A stretch of 64,000 bases of DNA, from contig NW_003314276.1 in assembly GCF_000143415.4 (NCBI RefSeq), forward strand, positions 645,630 through 709,629, read 5' to 3'. Below the pieces are notes generated by a model that saw only the letters and a list, made by a program, of their open reading frames with translations, was not told the DNA's origin and made no database searches. Of the stretch, positions 38,634 through 50,350 are shown in pieces. A program made the position numbers and the translations under genes. Each line of letters opens with the position of its first letter. Position 1 is the first letter of the stretch. This stretch comes from Selaginella moellendorffii. Its lineage: Eukaryota; Plantae; Lycopodiophyta.

Positions 38634-39959
38634 CTACTGCTTGGTGTCCTTAAACCACCAGTTTGCTGGAACTCCAAGCTCTGCCTTGAGATAGTCCGAT
38701 CTCTTGTTCACCAGCGCAATATCCCGGGTGCCTGAGACACTGAAGGGCTTGCTCGGCCCTTGGTAGCCATCAACCAGGTGAAGCAAGGCCTCCAAGTTGT
38801 GCAGATCGGTCAAGCCACCATCTTCCCTCAGAAACGGAGAGATGTCGCTGCTGAGCTCAAACTCGGTGCCAACATGGGTGTAGGCCCATGGGAACCTGTG
38901 GAAGATGAGCGAGATGATGTCACAGCTGTCCTCGTTGACAATCACCCCTGGAACTTTGGGCACCAGGTCTGCGGCATTGCGTGTCTGGAGGACTTTGAGC
39001 CCGAGCTCGAGGCACCTGTTCTTGAAACCCCGGTTCCCAACTCGGGGTGCCGAGAACGTGAAGACGGACACCGGGGTATTGCTCCCGGGCAGCCCAAGCT
39101 CTGTCACGTCGTAGGCGCTGAGGAGTGCAAGCGCGCCACCCAGGCTGTGGCCCGTGAACGTCATACTCAGCTGCTCGCCCTGGTAGAGCCCGACCAATCG
39201 CTTGATCTCCGAGTGGAGCTGCTGCCTCGCGCTCATCCCGGCCTGATCGCCGGGGACTGGAGACGTGTAGATGCTGAGAAATCCCGTCTCCACTTTCACG
39301 CCTTTGGTGTTGTGATCCGTGGGGTCGAGCCCGGTGGGGCGGAGGAGATCCTTGAGGTTCTCGATCCACTCGAGCTGCGTCACCGTCCCGCGCCAGGCCA
39401 CCACAATGTCGCGGCGTCCCAACCGTCGGATGGCCTCGTCCGACGTGGCAACCGCCACGAAGCCCATCCAGTTGGTGTCCGACGTCCACGAGTCGTCGCC
39501 GGGTTGGGCGTTGGAATTGGAGCGCTTGAAGAAGCTGGGCAAGCCCAGCTGCGATGTTGCGTAGAGATAGGCCGTGATTTCGTATCCCGTGCTTGGGAGT
39601 CCCACGGATTGGAGGAGCTCCTCCTTGGAGAACTTTGTGTCTCCACAGAATTCCGAGCCCTCGCTGTATTCGAAGCCGTCGTAGCAAGCCTGCGCGAATT
39701 CGCCGTATCGGATGATCTCCCGCCGGAGCCGCTTGTCGATGGAGGCGTTGGCGGGCGGGAGGAGCGGACTCCAGTGGCATGCATCCCGCCAGCCTGGGGT
39801 CAGCACCAGCTGCGTCTCCTCCAGCTCCACAACGCGCGCGCCATGACCATCTCCTTCAGATCTCTCCAACGTTCTTCTCTTGAATGAGAATGACAATGAA
39901 TCTCCTTCTCTCTCCAACGTCCTTCTCTTGAATGACAGTGACAATGAAACTCGTTCCAT
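38634..39959 (-). CDS. PLA1/DAD1-like lipase, copy 7
   Basis: Intact ORF, catalytic motifs present. Confidence 0.94.
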   Translation of the reverse strand: MERVSLSLSFKRRTLEREGDSLSFSFKRRTLERSEGDGHGARVVELEETQLVLTPGWRDACHWSPLLPPANASIDKRLRREIIRYGEFAQACYDGFEYSEGSEFCGDTKFSKEELLQSVGLPSTGYEITAYLYATSQLGLPSFFKRSNSNAQPGDDSWTSDTNWMGFVAVATSDEAIRRLGRRDIVVAWRGTVTQLEWIENLKDLLRPTGLDPTDHNTKGVKVETGFLSIYTSPVPGDQAGMSARQQLHSEIKRLVGLYQGEQLSMTFTGHSLGGALALLSAYDVTELGLPGSNTPVSVFTFSAPRVGNRGFKNRCLELGLKVLQTRNAADLVPKVPGVIVNEDSCDIISLIFHRFPWAYTHVGTEFELSSDISPFLREDGGLTDLHNLEALLHLVDGYQGPSKPFSVSGTRDIALVNKRSDYLKAELGVPANWWFKDTKQ

Positions 39960-42203
39960 GATCTCGATGCTCGCTCTGATGGGCTTGGACAATTGTTGAT
40001 ACGCCTATCGATCGATCAGCTCGTCCTTGACGAGTATGGTGTCAATGAATCAGATGATCGCTTCCTAAGGAACTTCTCCCCTTGTTGTTTCTCCCTTCGT
40101 GTAGATTGCTGGTGGAATGGTGAGATTGTGGCAGAGGATTTATAGCAGTATCGCTTTCGAAGTTTGCCACCGGGTCAAAAGCATATACGAAATTCTCGCG
40201 TTGATCTCTTCAATTTCTTCTCGAATGGGAAGCATAATAGTCAAAGTTCAAACCACCAGGGTCAACTATAGACAAGGAGGTATCGCGTCTTTGACCAGCA
40301 GACTTTCACTGAACTTTCACCTCTCATCCGTCCAGTAAAGCAACAAGTTGAGAGGTCGGGATCAGTGTTCTCCTCCTTTTCACCTGGTGATCAAAGGTTT
40401 AGATTGGAAGTCTTGACGCCAGGTTTCCTTGACGAATTGCCCAGAGTCTCGATCAAGGAAAGGCTCCCAAGAGTGGCGCCATCACACTCTGGGGCCACCA
40501 CACTCTTGGAATCCCTGGCTGCTGCTGGCGATCGGGCACATGTGAACAATGAGATGGACACAGATGGATCCGACCTGGCAGGAAGAATGGATGCAGGGGC
40601 AAAAAAAGTGGTGGGGAAGAGGATTGGCTTGGAACGGTGCAACGCGCAATGATCAAAATCACGGTGAGGGTTTTGACTCAGCCTGGGCTTATGCCCATTT
40701 TAGAACCGCTACAACGTTTCTAATATTTACTGGTTTGCTTAAAATGTAATTAGATATACTTATTAATATTAATATTTAATTAGATTAATCTTGTATTTAT
40801 AATAATTTATGGTTTGCTTAAGCAAAAGTGAAATATATTTAATTCTACCAAATAATTGTTATTCATTTAGATTAATCTTGCATTTATAATTTCCAAACAT
40901 GTTTATAATTTATAACTTTCCTAAACTCTTTATAATTTATTTTTGGTGTGCTTAAGCAAACTTGTAGGGATATACCACCACAGATCCAGCATCGAGCAGT
41001 AGTGTCTGGGCTGAGGCTTGAATCCACAGTCATTGCTCATCGAAACGAGAACTCGCGTCCCTTGCCTGCGTGGCTGCAAGCAACCAAAGCACTCACATAC
41101 GCAACTTGGTCGGGGATCATCTCACGAAAGCGGTCAATCGCTTGCATCGGAATGACTACATGCAGAGATCACTGATGTCCACGACACAACGTTCGATGGG
41201 AGAATGGTGCCAGGATGGAGTTCCAGGAAACGATGTTCCTCTCCCAGATGCCCTTGTTGGGCATTCCCCCAGCTCCATAGCTCGCACTCGGGCTCTTGAC
41301 GCTGTGTTCCAGGTCACAAAGCTGGTGCACAACAACGAGGCCCAAGATGCTGCCAAGAGCCCGAGGTCTCCTCCATAAGCTGCTTCTTAGTTTTTAGTTT
41401 TAAGAAAATGGAGGCCTCGTTCAACAGTCGTATCTCAAGTTCATGTATTTTGCCTACAGATGAATGCTTACTTGAACAATGCCGCAATTGAAAACTGTCT
41501 TCTGGACGGAAATGAACAAAGGAGACCTTCAGGTAGGCAGCTCACGTTTGTCCTGCCAGCACATTTTCAAACTCAAAGCAATAGCTGCAAGCAAAAGTTG
41601 CACAAGCTGCTGCTCTGTCTGCAATTTCGTCTGGAACTGGATCCGCCGCTGACATTTCTGCTGCTGCTGCAGCTGCTGTTGCGAGCTCCAAAAAGTTTGT
41701 GCATTTCCACGAAGCAACTCTTGTTTGTTCCTCACGCCATTGCACTAGGAAGTATTGAAATAAGGCTTGCAATACAAAGCAAATTCAAAACCAGAGCAAA
41801 CAACACAGTCCGCAACTGCCAGATACTCCTGCTATCATCGAGGAATCGGCCAACCCCATGCATCCAAACATCGCTCACTACAGCTACATCATCGATCTCC
41901 TCAGCTGCACCGCACACCCTTGTGGCCAAGGAGCTCAAGAAGGGAAACAATGCAAGCAAATTGTTTGTGTCATGGAATAGCAAAATGTAAAGTAAGTTTT
42001 CAAATCAAGATATTTACAAGATTCGGTCCAATGAACTTCAAGGAGGCTTCTCGAACCAAAACTCTATAGGCCATTGCAAGCGTGCCACCTTTCAGATATA
42101 CGTGCCAAACAGAGCTTGGTCCTACTGATTAGCGTGAGGCCTCCGTAAGAGAATGAGTTTGTAAAAGTCCACCACTGTGATCGTGATGGAAGAAAGACGG
42201 GCT

Positions 42204-43529
42204 CTACTGCTTGGTGTCCTTAAACCACCAGTTTGCTGGAACTCCAAGCTCTGCCTTGAGATAGTCCGATCTCTTGTTCACCAGCGCGATATCCCGGGTG
42301 CCTGAGACACTGAAGGGCTTGCTCGGCCCTTGGTAGCCATCAACCAGGTGAAGCAAGGCCTCCAAGTTGTGCAGATCGGTCAAGCCACCATCTTCCCTCA
42401 GAAACGGAGAGATGTCGCTGCTGAGCTCAAACTCGGTGCCAACATGGGTGTAGGCCCATGGGAACCTGTGGAAGATGAGCGAGATGATGTCACAGCTGTC
42501 CTCGTTGACAATCACCCCTGGAACTTTGGGCACCAGGTCTGCGCCATTGCGTGTCTGGAGGACTTTGAGCCCGAGCTCGAGGCACCTGTTCTTGAAACCC
42601 CGGTTCCCAACTCGGGGTGCCGAGAACGTGAAGACGGACACCGGGGTATTGCTCCCGGGCAGCCCAAGCTCTGTCACGTCGTAGGCGCTGAGGAGTGCAA
42701 GCGCGCCACCCAGGCTGTGGCCCGTGAACGTCATACTCAGCTGCTCGCCCTGGTAGAGCCCGACCAATCGCTTGATCTCCGAGTGGAGCTGCTGCCTCGT
42801 GCTCATCCCGGCCTGATCGCCGGGGACTGGAGACGTGTAGATGCTGAGAAATCCCGTCTCCACTTTCACGCCTTTGGTGTTGTGATCCGTGGGGTCGAGC
42901 CCGGTGGGGCGGAGGAGATCCTTGAGGTTCTCGATCCACTCGAGCTGCGTCACCGTCCCGCGCCAGGCCACCACAATGTCGCGGCGTCCCAACCGTCGGA
43001 TGGCCTCGTCCGACGTGGCAACCGCCACGAAGCCCATCCAGTTGGTGTCCGACGTCCACGAGTCGTCGCCGGGTTGGGCGTTGGAATTGGAGCGCTTGAA
43101 GAAGCTGGGCAAGCCCAGCTGCGATGTTGCGTAGAGATAGGCCGTGATTTCGTATCCCGTGCTTGGGAGTCCCACGGATTGGAGGAGCTCCTCCTTGGAG
43201 AACTTTGTGTCTCCACAGAATTCCGAGCCCTCGCTGTACTCGAAGCCGTCGTAGCAAGCCTGGGCGAATTCGCCGTATCGGATGATCTCCCGCCGGAGCC
43301 GCTCGTCGATGGAGGCGTTGGCGGGCGGGAGGAGCGGACTCCAGTGGCATGCATCCCGCCAGCCTGAGCTCAGCGCCAACTGCGTCTCCTCCAGCTCCAC
43401 AACGCGCGCGCCATGACCATCTCCTTCAGATCTCTCCAACGTTCTTCTCTTGAATGAGAATGACAATGAATCTCCTTCTCTCTCCAACGTCATTCTCTTG
43501 AATGACAGTGACAATGAAACTCGTTCCAT
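42204..43529 (-). CDS. PLA1/DAD1-like lipase, copy 8
   Basis: Intact 441-aa ORF from ATG. Loss of the upstream TTG in this copy supports the ATG start in all copies. Confidence 0.94.
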   Translation of the reverse strand: MERVSLSLSFKRMTLEREGDSLSFSFKRRTLERSEGDGHGARVVELEETQLALSSGWRDACHWSPLLPPANASIDERLRREIIRYGEFAQACYDGFEYSEGSEFCGDTKFSKEELLQSVGLPSTGYEITAYLYATSQLGLPSFFKRSNSNAQPGDDSWTSDTNWMGFVAVATSDEAIRRLGRRDIVVAWRGTVTQLEWIENLKDLLRPTGLDPTDHNTKGVKVETGFLSIYTSPVPGDQAGMSTRQQLHSEIKRLVGLYQGEQLSMTFTGHSLGGALALLSAYDVTELGLPGSNTPVSVFTFSAPRVGNRGFKNRCLELGLKVLQTRNGADLVPKVPGVIVNEDSCDIISLIFHRFPWAYTHVGTEFELSSDISPFLREDGGLTDLHNLEALLHLVDGYQGPSKPFSVSGTRDIALVNKRSDYLKAELGVPANWWFKDTKQ

Positions 43530-46500
43530 GATCTCGATGCTCGCTCTGATGGGCTTGGACAGTTTTTGATATGCCTATCGATCGATCAGCTCCTCCTTGG
43601 CGAGTATGGTTGCAATGAATCAGATTATCGGCTTCCTAAAGAACTTCTCCCCTTGTTGTTTCTCCCTTCGTGTAGATTGCTGGTGGAATGGTGAGATTGT
43701 GGCAGAGGATTTATAGCAGTATCGCTTTCGAAGTTTGCCACCGGGTCAAAAGCATATACGAAATTCTCGCGTTGATCTCTTCAATTTCTTCTCGAATGGG
43801 AAGCATAATAGTCAAAGTTCAAACCACCAGGGTCAGCCAAAGGAGCTATCGCGTCTTTGACCAGCAGACTTTCACTGAACTTTCACTCTTGACTCTCATC
43901 CCTTCAGTAAAGCAGTTGCGAGGTCGGGATCACTGTTCTCCTCCTCACTTGGCGATCATAGGTGTAAATTGGAAGTCCCGACACCAGATACTTAATCATC
44001 TCCTTGACGAACAGCCTAGAGTCTTGATCAAGGAAAGGCTCCAAGAGCAGCCCATCACACTCTAGGGCCACCACACTCTTGGAATCCTTGGCTGCTGCTA
44101 GTGATTATGGGTAGACAACAATGAGCCTGTAGAACAAAGTGAGGTGGCATATGTGGATGATGAGAAGGTGCATCGTTAAGCCAATTTTTATACTTCTTAA
44201 TATTAATATTTAATTATATTAATTTTTTATTTATATTAATTTATTTTTTACATAAGCAAAAGTGAAATATATTAAGTTCTACAAAATAATTGTTATTCAT
44301 TTAGATTAATCTTGTATCTAAACATATTTATAATCTATAACTTTCCTAAACACTTTCTAGTATATTTTTGGTTTGCTTAAGGTGTGTAGTGGATATACCT
44401 CGAATATACTTGGATATTCTAGATTATTTACTATCTAACCATTACTCTTTTCTAACTCAATTACGCTTTCAACCATTGTTTAACTGTAGGTACATGCATT
44501 CAATGGAGTATGTTGTGTCAGGAACAGCTGATGGAGTCATTTGCATCAATACTACAGCTCACACTGGACAATTGGGTTTAGTACAGCAGCAAAAGTAGTG
44601 GGAGGTATCAATGCGATTCAAGTTTCTCGTTTGACATTCCTTTACAGGGTAATGTTCTTTGTATTTATAATTAAGAAACATGTTTATAATTTATAAACTT
44701 TCCTAAACATGTCTTAGTATATTCTAGTTTATTTTACCATTTAATGGTTAATATTCAATAAGATCAATCTTGTTTTTATAAATTATAAACATGTTTATAA
44801 TTATAAACTTTCATTTGATTAATTAGAACTATTAAGTAAACCTGCAATGCACAGCAAATTAGTATTTATTTTACCATCTAATTTGATAAGATTAATTTTC
44901 AATTATAAATTGTAAAAATGTTTATAATTATTGATCAAATGGATTATTCAATAATACTAAACAGGAATGAATTGTTTCAAGTTTCTTGTCTTTTTCAATG
45001 ATCTCCACCTTGCTCCATTTTAGAATGAGGTAGAGGGCTATCTCTCTTTCCTTTACTTTGAAGCTCATGGTGAATAGCTTTCTTCTCTATAGCTAGAAAA
45101 AGTAATGAAGATCAAGTCATTAGTGTCTAAACCCAGACACTGTTATTAGTGTTTGTAAGTCTTCATTCAAAAGTGGGATTAGGATTGTGACTATGACTTT
45201 TATCATCATGGTCCTAAAGCTCATTCTGTGTGGGAGAGGACACACAAAATGTCATGGAAACAATACAGAATTTAGACAGTATTAAATGTCCAAACTTTTT
45301 GAAGGCTTTCCCTCTAGCTTGGGATGGAAAGGTGGTGATGGTATATATGGACTTTTGAGCACTATTTGTAGGCTGACATTGAGAAATAAGTTACAAGCAT
45401 AACACACATTTCGTTTTTGCAATGCTCATCTTAGTTTGGTTTCGATTGATTGATCCCACCAATGAGTTTTTATTTTTTTTATTTATTTATTTCCTTTTCT
45501 TATCAGTTTCTGATGATAGAAACCGAAATGGCATTCCAGACCTTGCAACAAAATCTTTTAGAACAAACTTTAAGGCTAGTACATGCAAGAGTAATTACAA
45601 GCAATAGAAGAGAAATCAGGTCTTCAAACCATTTGAATCATAGTCTTTCATTAGATTGAGCATTTAAGATTCTCCTGGATATAAGATTGTAAAGAAAAAT
45701 GTGAAATAAACTGATCTTGACTGGAAATCTTTGTTTGAGTTTTAAAGCATAATAATCTATTGCTCAAACGACTATTTTAGATATGATAATGTTTTAATTA
45801 TCCATGTTGGATTATTTTTATAAAAAATATATAAAAAACCATTTGAAAGAAAACCAAGATATGAGTTTTTGAACAAAATTTACAAAGAAACATATAAATA
45901 TAACCTTTGTGATTTTTTTGGTTTGCTTAAGCAAACCTATAGAGGGACTGGGATGGTAATGGATAAATCTAGAATATGCTTGAATATTCTAGAATATTCT
46001 ACCATCTAATGGTTGTTATTCATTTAGATTAATTTTGTATTTATAATTTATAAACATGTTTATAATTTATAAACTTTCTTAAACCCTTTCTAGTATATTC
46101 ATTTTATTCTATCATCTAATGGTTGATATGTAGATTAATCTTTTGTTTATAAATTACAAACATGCTTATAATTATAAACTTATTTGATTAATTAGATTAA
46201 TAAGTAAGAATAACACTACTATTAAGCAAACCATACAATGTGTAGCAATTTATTTTAAGATTCAATTTCAAACTCATGTTATTGATGTGTTTATTTCAAG
46301 GGTTTATTTCTAAGTTATTTTTGAATTAAGCTTTTATGAATGTTTTCTTTGTGTTTATAAAAGTGTTTATATTGCACATTTTGATTAAACGAGAAGAACT
46401 TAGATGCTTACTAGCAGCAGCTAGCAGCTCATACAATACCTTGCCTAATGCATTGTAATCCAAAAAATGAAAATACCTCTAATGACTGTTGTAAATTCCA

Positions 46501-46599
46501 ATCTAAGTTGTGTTTTCTTACAAAGTCCCAACAGTGTTTCCGTTTGACACCTGTGTGTGAGCCCCATTTGCCACACCACCATGCTGCGTGCGTGTTCTC

Positions 46600-46873
46600 N
46601 NNNNNNNNNNNNNNNNNNNNNNNNNNNNNNNNNNNNNNNNNNNNNNNNNNNNNNNNNNNNNNNNNNNNNNNNNNNNNNNNNNNNNNNNNNNNNNNNNNNN
46701 NNNNNNNNNNNNNNNNNNNNNNNNNNNNNNNNNNNNNNNNNNNNNNNNNNNNNNNNNNNNNNNNNNNNNNNNNNNNNNNNNNNNNNNNNNNNNNNNNNNN
46801 NNNNNNNNNNNNNNNNNNNNNNNNNNNNNNNNNNNNNNNNNNNNNNNNNNNNNNNNNNNNNNNNNNNNNNNNN
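46600..46873. other. Assembly gap
   Basis: Run of N. Confidence 1.
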
Positions 46874-46961
46874 CTGGGATTTCGTGGATGTTGTTTTGAT
46901 TCTTGTGATACCAACAAGCGGCAGCAACTTCACACAAGCAGAAACAACACTGCATCGCCCG

Positions 46962-48095
46962 CTAGACACCGATGTCGTGGTGAGCCAGGAGCTTGGTCAT
47001 GGAAGATGTTTCGGTCATCTTATTGTGCTTGAGGAAGCGGGCCTTGAACTCATCATCATCAATGGGCGTTGCAGCCAGCCTTGCTGCAACCTGTTTTGGT
47101 GACAATCCGCGCTTGAGCAGGAAGCCCCGCCCCAATCTTGACATCCTCGCCATGTAACAGCCGCGCCTCCCTGGCTCAAAATCCATTGGCGTCACGTAGG
47201 ACACCGTCGACCCCGGGTCGCCGAGCATGCCCAAGTAGTTGCTCGCTTCAAGCTGCATCTGGAGGGAGGGAGGCTTGCCCTGCAGCTGCCGCACTACGAA
47301 TTGCCTTGTCTATAAACCATGCATGAGCAACAAAAAAAATTTAAAAAAATCAGAACGCTGAAGGCTCACTCACATGATCCGCTATTCGGAAGAGGTTCGA
47401 CAGGAAGCTGTGAATAGCCGAGCACAGCCGCGCGTCTAACACGGCCATGTAGACGTTCTCCATGTAAGGTAAGGGCACACAGTAATAAGAGAAGCAAGCC
47501 TTCCGCCGTCGCCCAGGCTCCAGCTCCACTGCACTTACAGTCCCTGTTGTTTCATTTCTTTTTGTCAATATTTTCATCTGGCTGCGAGGGAAACTTCCAT
47601 CGCTCGAGCGACTGCAGCGATGAGTTGCAGAGCGGGATATCATCAAGCAAGAAATCCAGCTTTGAGGACCTCACGTTTACAGCCTTTGGGAATTGAGCTT
47701 TATACCGTGCATATGGGTTTCTTTCCTCCAGGCCCTAAAGCAGCAAACTAAACTCGCATTACGTATTTCTTCACATACCACGCTTGCAGAGCTCCACCCT
47801 CCACGGAGAAGGCGAACTGTGCCTGAAGGCGGAGATGACCCTCCGCAACTCGAGCGTGGCATCCACGGCTTCTCTCAAGCCCGGCGGCACGTCTGCAAGG
47901 TTATCCACTCCCTCCATAAGTTGGCCAACCCTGAAAAGGGACTGACGCCACGACCAAGTGCCCAGATTTCAGGTTCTTTCCAATGTGGAAGCTGTTTCCA
48001 AGAGCCATGGTTGCTCGAGAGCATTTTCCTGAGCGAAACCCAGGAAGTTCCGGAAGCTTGCGGAGATGGTGCACTCTTGCCGGGAGGCCCAATCC
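46962..48095 (-). pseudogene. Unidentified multi-exon gene relic, copy 4, truncated by gap
   Basis: Near-identical to 2328-3461. Confidence 0.5.
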
Positions 48096-48195
48096 NNNNN
48101 NNNNNNNNNNNNNNNNNNNNNNNNNNNNNNNNNNNNNNNNNNNNNNNNNNNNNNNNNNNNNNNNNNNNNNNNNNNNNNNNNNNNNNNNNNNNNNN
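48096..48195. other. Assembly gap (100 N, probably unknown size)
   Basis: Run of N between the array and the copia element. Confidence 1.
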
Positions 48196-50350
48196 AAAAG
48201 TCCGATCGAGCAAAGTAACATTACTTGAGGTGCATGCCAACTTCCATTGACTCCTATCAGAGTTGATGTCACTAAGCTTGAATTTCTGGAGGAGCTCTTC
48301 AATATATTTCTTCTGAGACATTTCTAGTGTGCCCTTCCTCCTGTCTCTGAAGATCTGGATGCCAAGACAATACTTGACACTCCCAAGGTCCACCATCTTG
48401 AATCTCGAGCTGAGATCTTTCTTCAGTTGATGAATCAGCTTCTTGCTTTTGCTGAGGAGCAAGCAGTCGTCCACATACAAAGCCAACAGCACCAGGAGAG
48501 CTCCCACTTGCTTAATATACACATTAGTGTCTGCAGAGAGACTCTCGAAGCCAAGGGCAAGAAGAAACGAGTTCATCTTTGCATACCAGGCGATCGCTTC
48601 AGGCCGTAGAGGGCCTTCTTGAGCTTGCACACCAAGTGCTCTCGTCCTTTGGCAATAAATCCGGCTGGTTGCTCAATGTAGACTTCCTCCTCCAAGTCAC
48701 CATTCAGGAATGCCGTCGTTACATCCATGTGCTCAACGTGCATGTCTTCGTGAGCTGCTAAGTTGTAGAGAAGTCGAATTGATGCAAGCTTCACCACTGG
48801 TGAAAACGTCTCATAGAAGGCGACTCCTTCCGACTTGTGAGAATCCTCTCGCAACAAATCTAACTTTGTAGCTCGTGTCTCCATCAGGTCCTGTCTTGAG
48901 CCGCAAGAGGAACTTGGTCTTAATCACCTTCCTCCCAGGTGGCAGCTCCACAAGATCCCAGGTCTTGTTCTCCATCAATGAGCTATACTCAGCTTGACAA
49001 GCAGTGCGCCACTGATCTGCATCAGGTCCGGCAAGAGCATCTTCCATGGTCTTCTGAACAAGTGCATCTCGGCCATGGCTGAAGAGAAGGAGAAGCTGGT
49101 TCTTGCCTTGCTCCCCTTCTTCCTCCATGCTAGAGTTGGCAAAATAAAAGACTGGATCGTAAGAGGTCTCAGGAATTGGCACTGATCGGTCTCTAGTAGC
49201 CTTGGTTTCTTGCCGAGAAGCCTGCTCAGCTGCTTGTATGTCCAGCTGCTCCCTGCATTGACGCCCAGCCTCTGTGAGTGCGCGCTCACGGTCAGAATGT
49301 CTCAAACTGCCCTCACTATTTTCAGCCCTGGTCCTGCCAATAGTGCGCTCACCACCGTGGTCTTCCTCTCTGCCAACTGGGTTTGCTGTCCTAGCGCTCC
49401 CACTGGTTCCAACGCCTACTGTGTCGAGTGGCAAGCCTTCAGCTTCAGGGAGCAAGCCCTCACCTCCATTTGGATCGCCCCCAGCACCATCCACGCTCTC
49501 TGCACCGTCCTCGTTGCCTCTGGATCATCCTGGTCGCCACTTCCATTCCCCTCGCCGGCTCCTTCAGCTCTGGCCCTAACTGGAAATTCATTGTCACTTT
49601 CTTCCGAGTCATCCGCAGCTACTTCCGTGAGAGAAAACTGTGGCGGTGGCAGGAGATTTCTTGTCACATATGTCCTAGACAATTTCCCTGCTGGAAATTT
49701 CCTGATGTGTGTCATGTGTTTGTTTGCCCCAGAATCAAGGTACACCACTTCTGCTTCTGTGCCAAGAGCGTTCTTTGCAACCTGCTGGATATTAGTGGCC
49801 ATGAACAAGCTGCCATGGTCGTCCACATCCTCCTGGTTGTCTTCCTTGGTACTTTCTGCTGTCCTGGCAAAGTTGGCCGATTTGTTCTTCCTTGCCACCA
49901 GTCTCTTTGCCTCAGCTTTTCGAGCCTCTTTAGCTTTCTTGGCCTCTTCGTCTGTGCAATCTCGTGCCCAGTGCCCTGATCATTCTTCTTTTCCTTCTTG
50001 AACTTTTCTGGTTTGCTGCTCTCGCCTTGATTGTTCGTTGGTCCTAGTCTGTCCCACACTGTGATAGATCGTTTCCCCTTTCCTGCAAAGAGTGACAATT
50101 CTTTCTCATTTGAGCTTGCTTGCCCTGACTTGAGAAAACCCTCCAACGTTGTGAGGTTGGTTACGATCTGGCTGAAAGTGTTACTAGAACTTAAATGATG
50201 CGACTTTGTGAGTTGCATTGGTCCACTAAACCCCTTGAAGAAAGCTGTAATCAGCTCATCTTCATCGAAGTCCTTCATTTGAACTGCATCGATCTGCTTG
50301 GCGATGTCTACAAGAGCACTGGCAAAATCGCTTACAGATTCAGTTTCATT
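48196..50350 (-). mobile_element. Ty1/copia gag-protease-(integrase deleted)-RT, frameshifted
   Basis: gag ETESVSDF...LITAFFKG; zinc-knuckle remnant GHWARDC; protease YLDSGANKHM; RT NKTWDLVELP, ARGFSQ, MDVTTAFLNG, LKKALYGLK, LYVDD. Confidence 0.95.

Larger units (their letters stand above)
1..48095. repeat. Nested tandem segmental array of lipase cassettes; higher-order units start near 1, 16283, 28601 and 44634
   Basis: Homologous ORFs recur at 1815/18091/30403/46448 (periods 16276, 12312, 16045). Short sub-period ~3.55-3.9 kb (lipase stops at 6476, 10040, 13942; 22629, 26172; 35064, 38634, 42204). Confidence 0.97.

Noticed and set aside
46429-48630. ORFs containing X runs
   Set aside because: Artefacts of reading through N gaps.
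49210-50001. 263-aa + strand ORF
   Set aside because: Antisense shadow of copia gag-pol.
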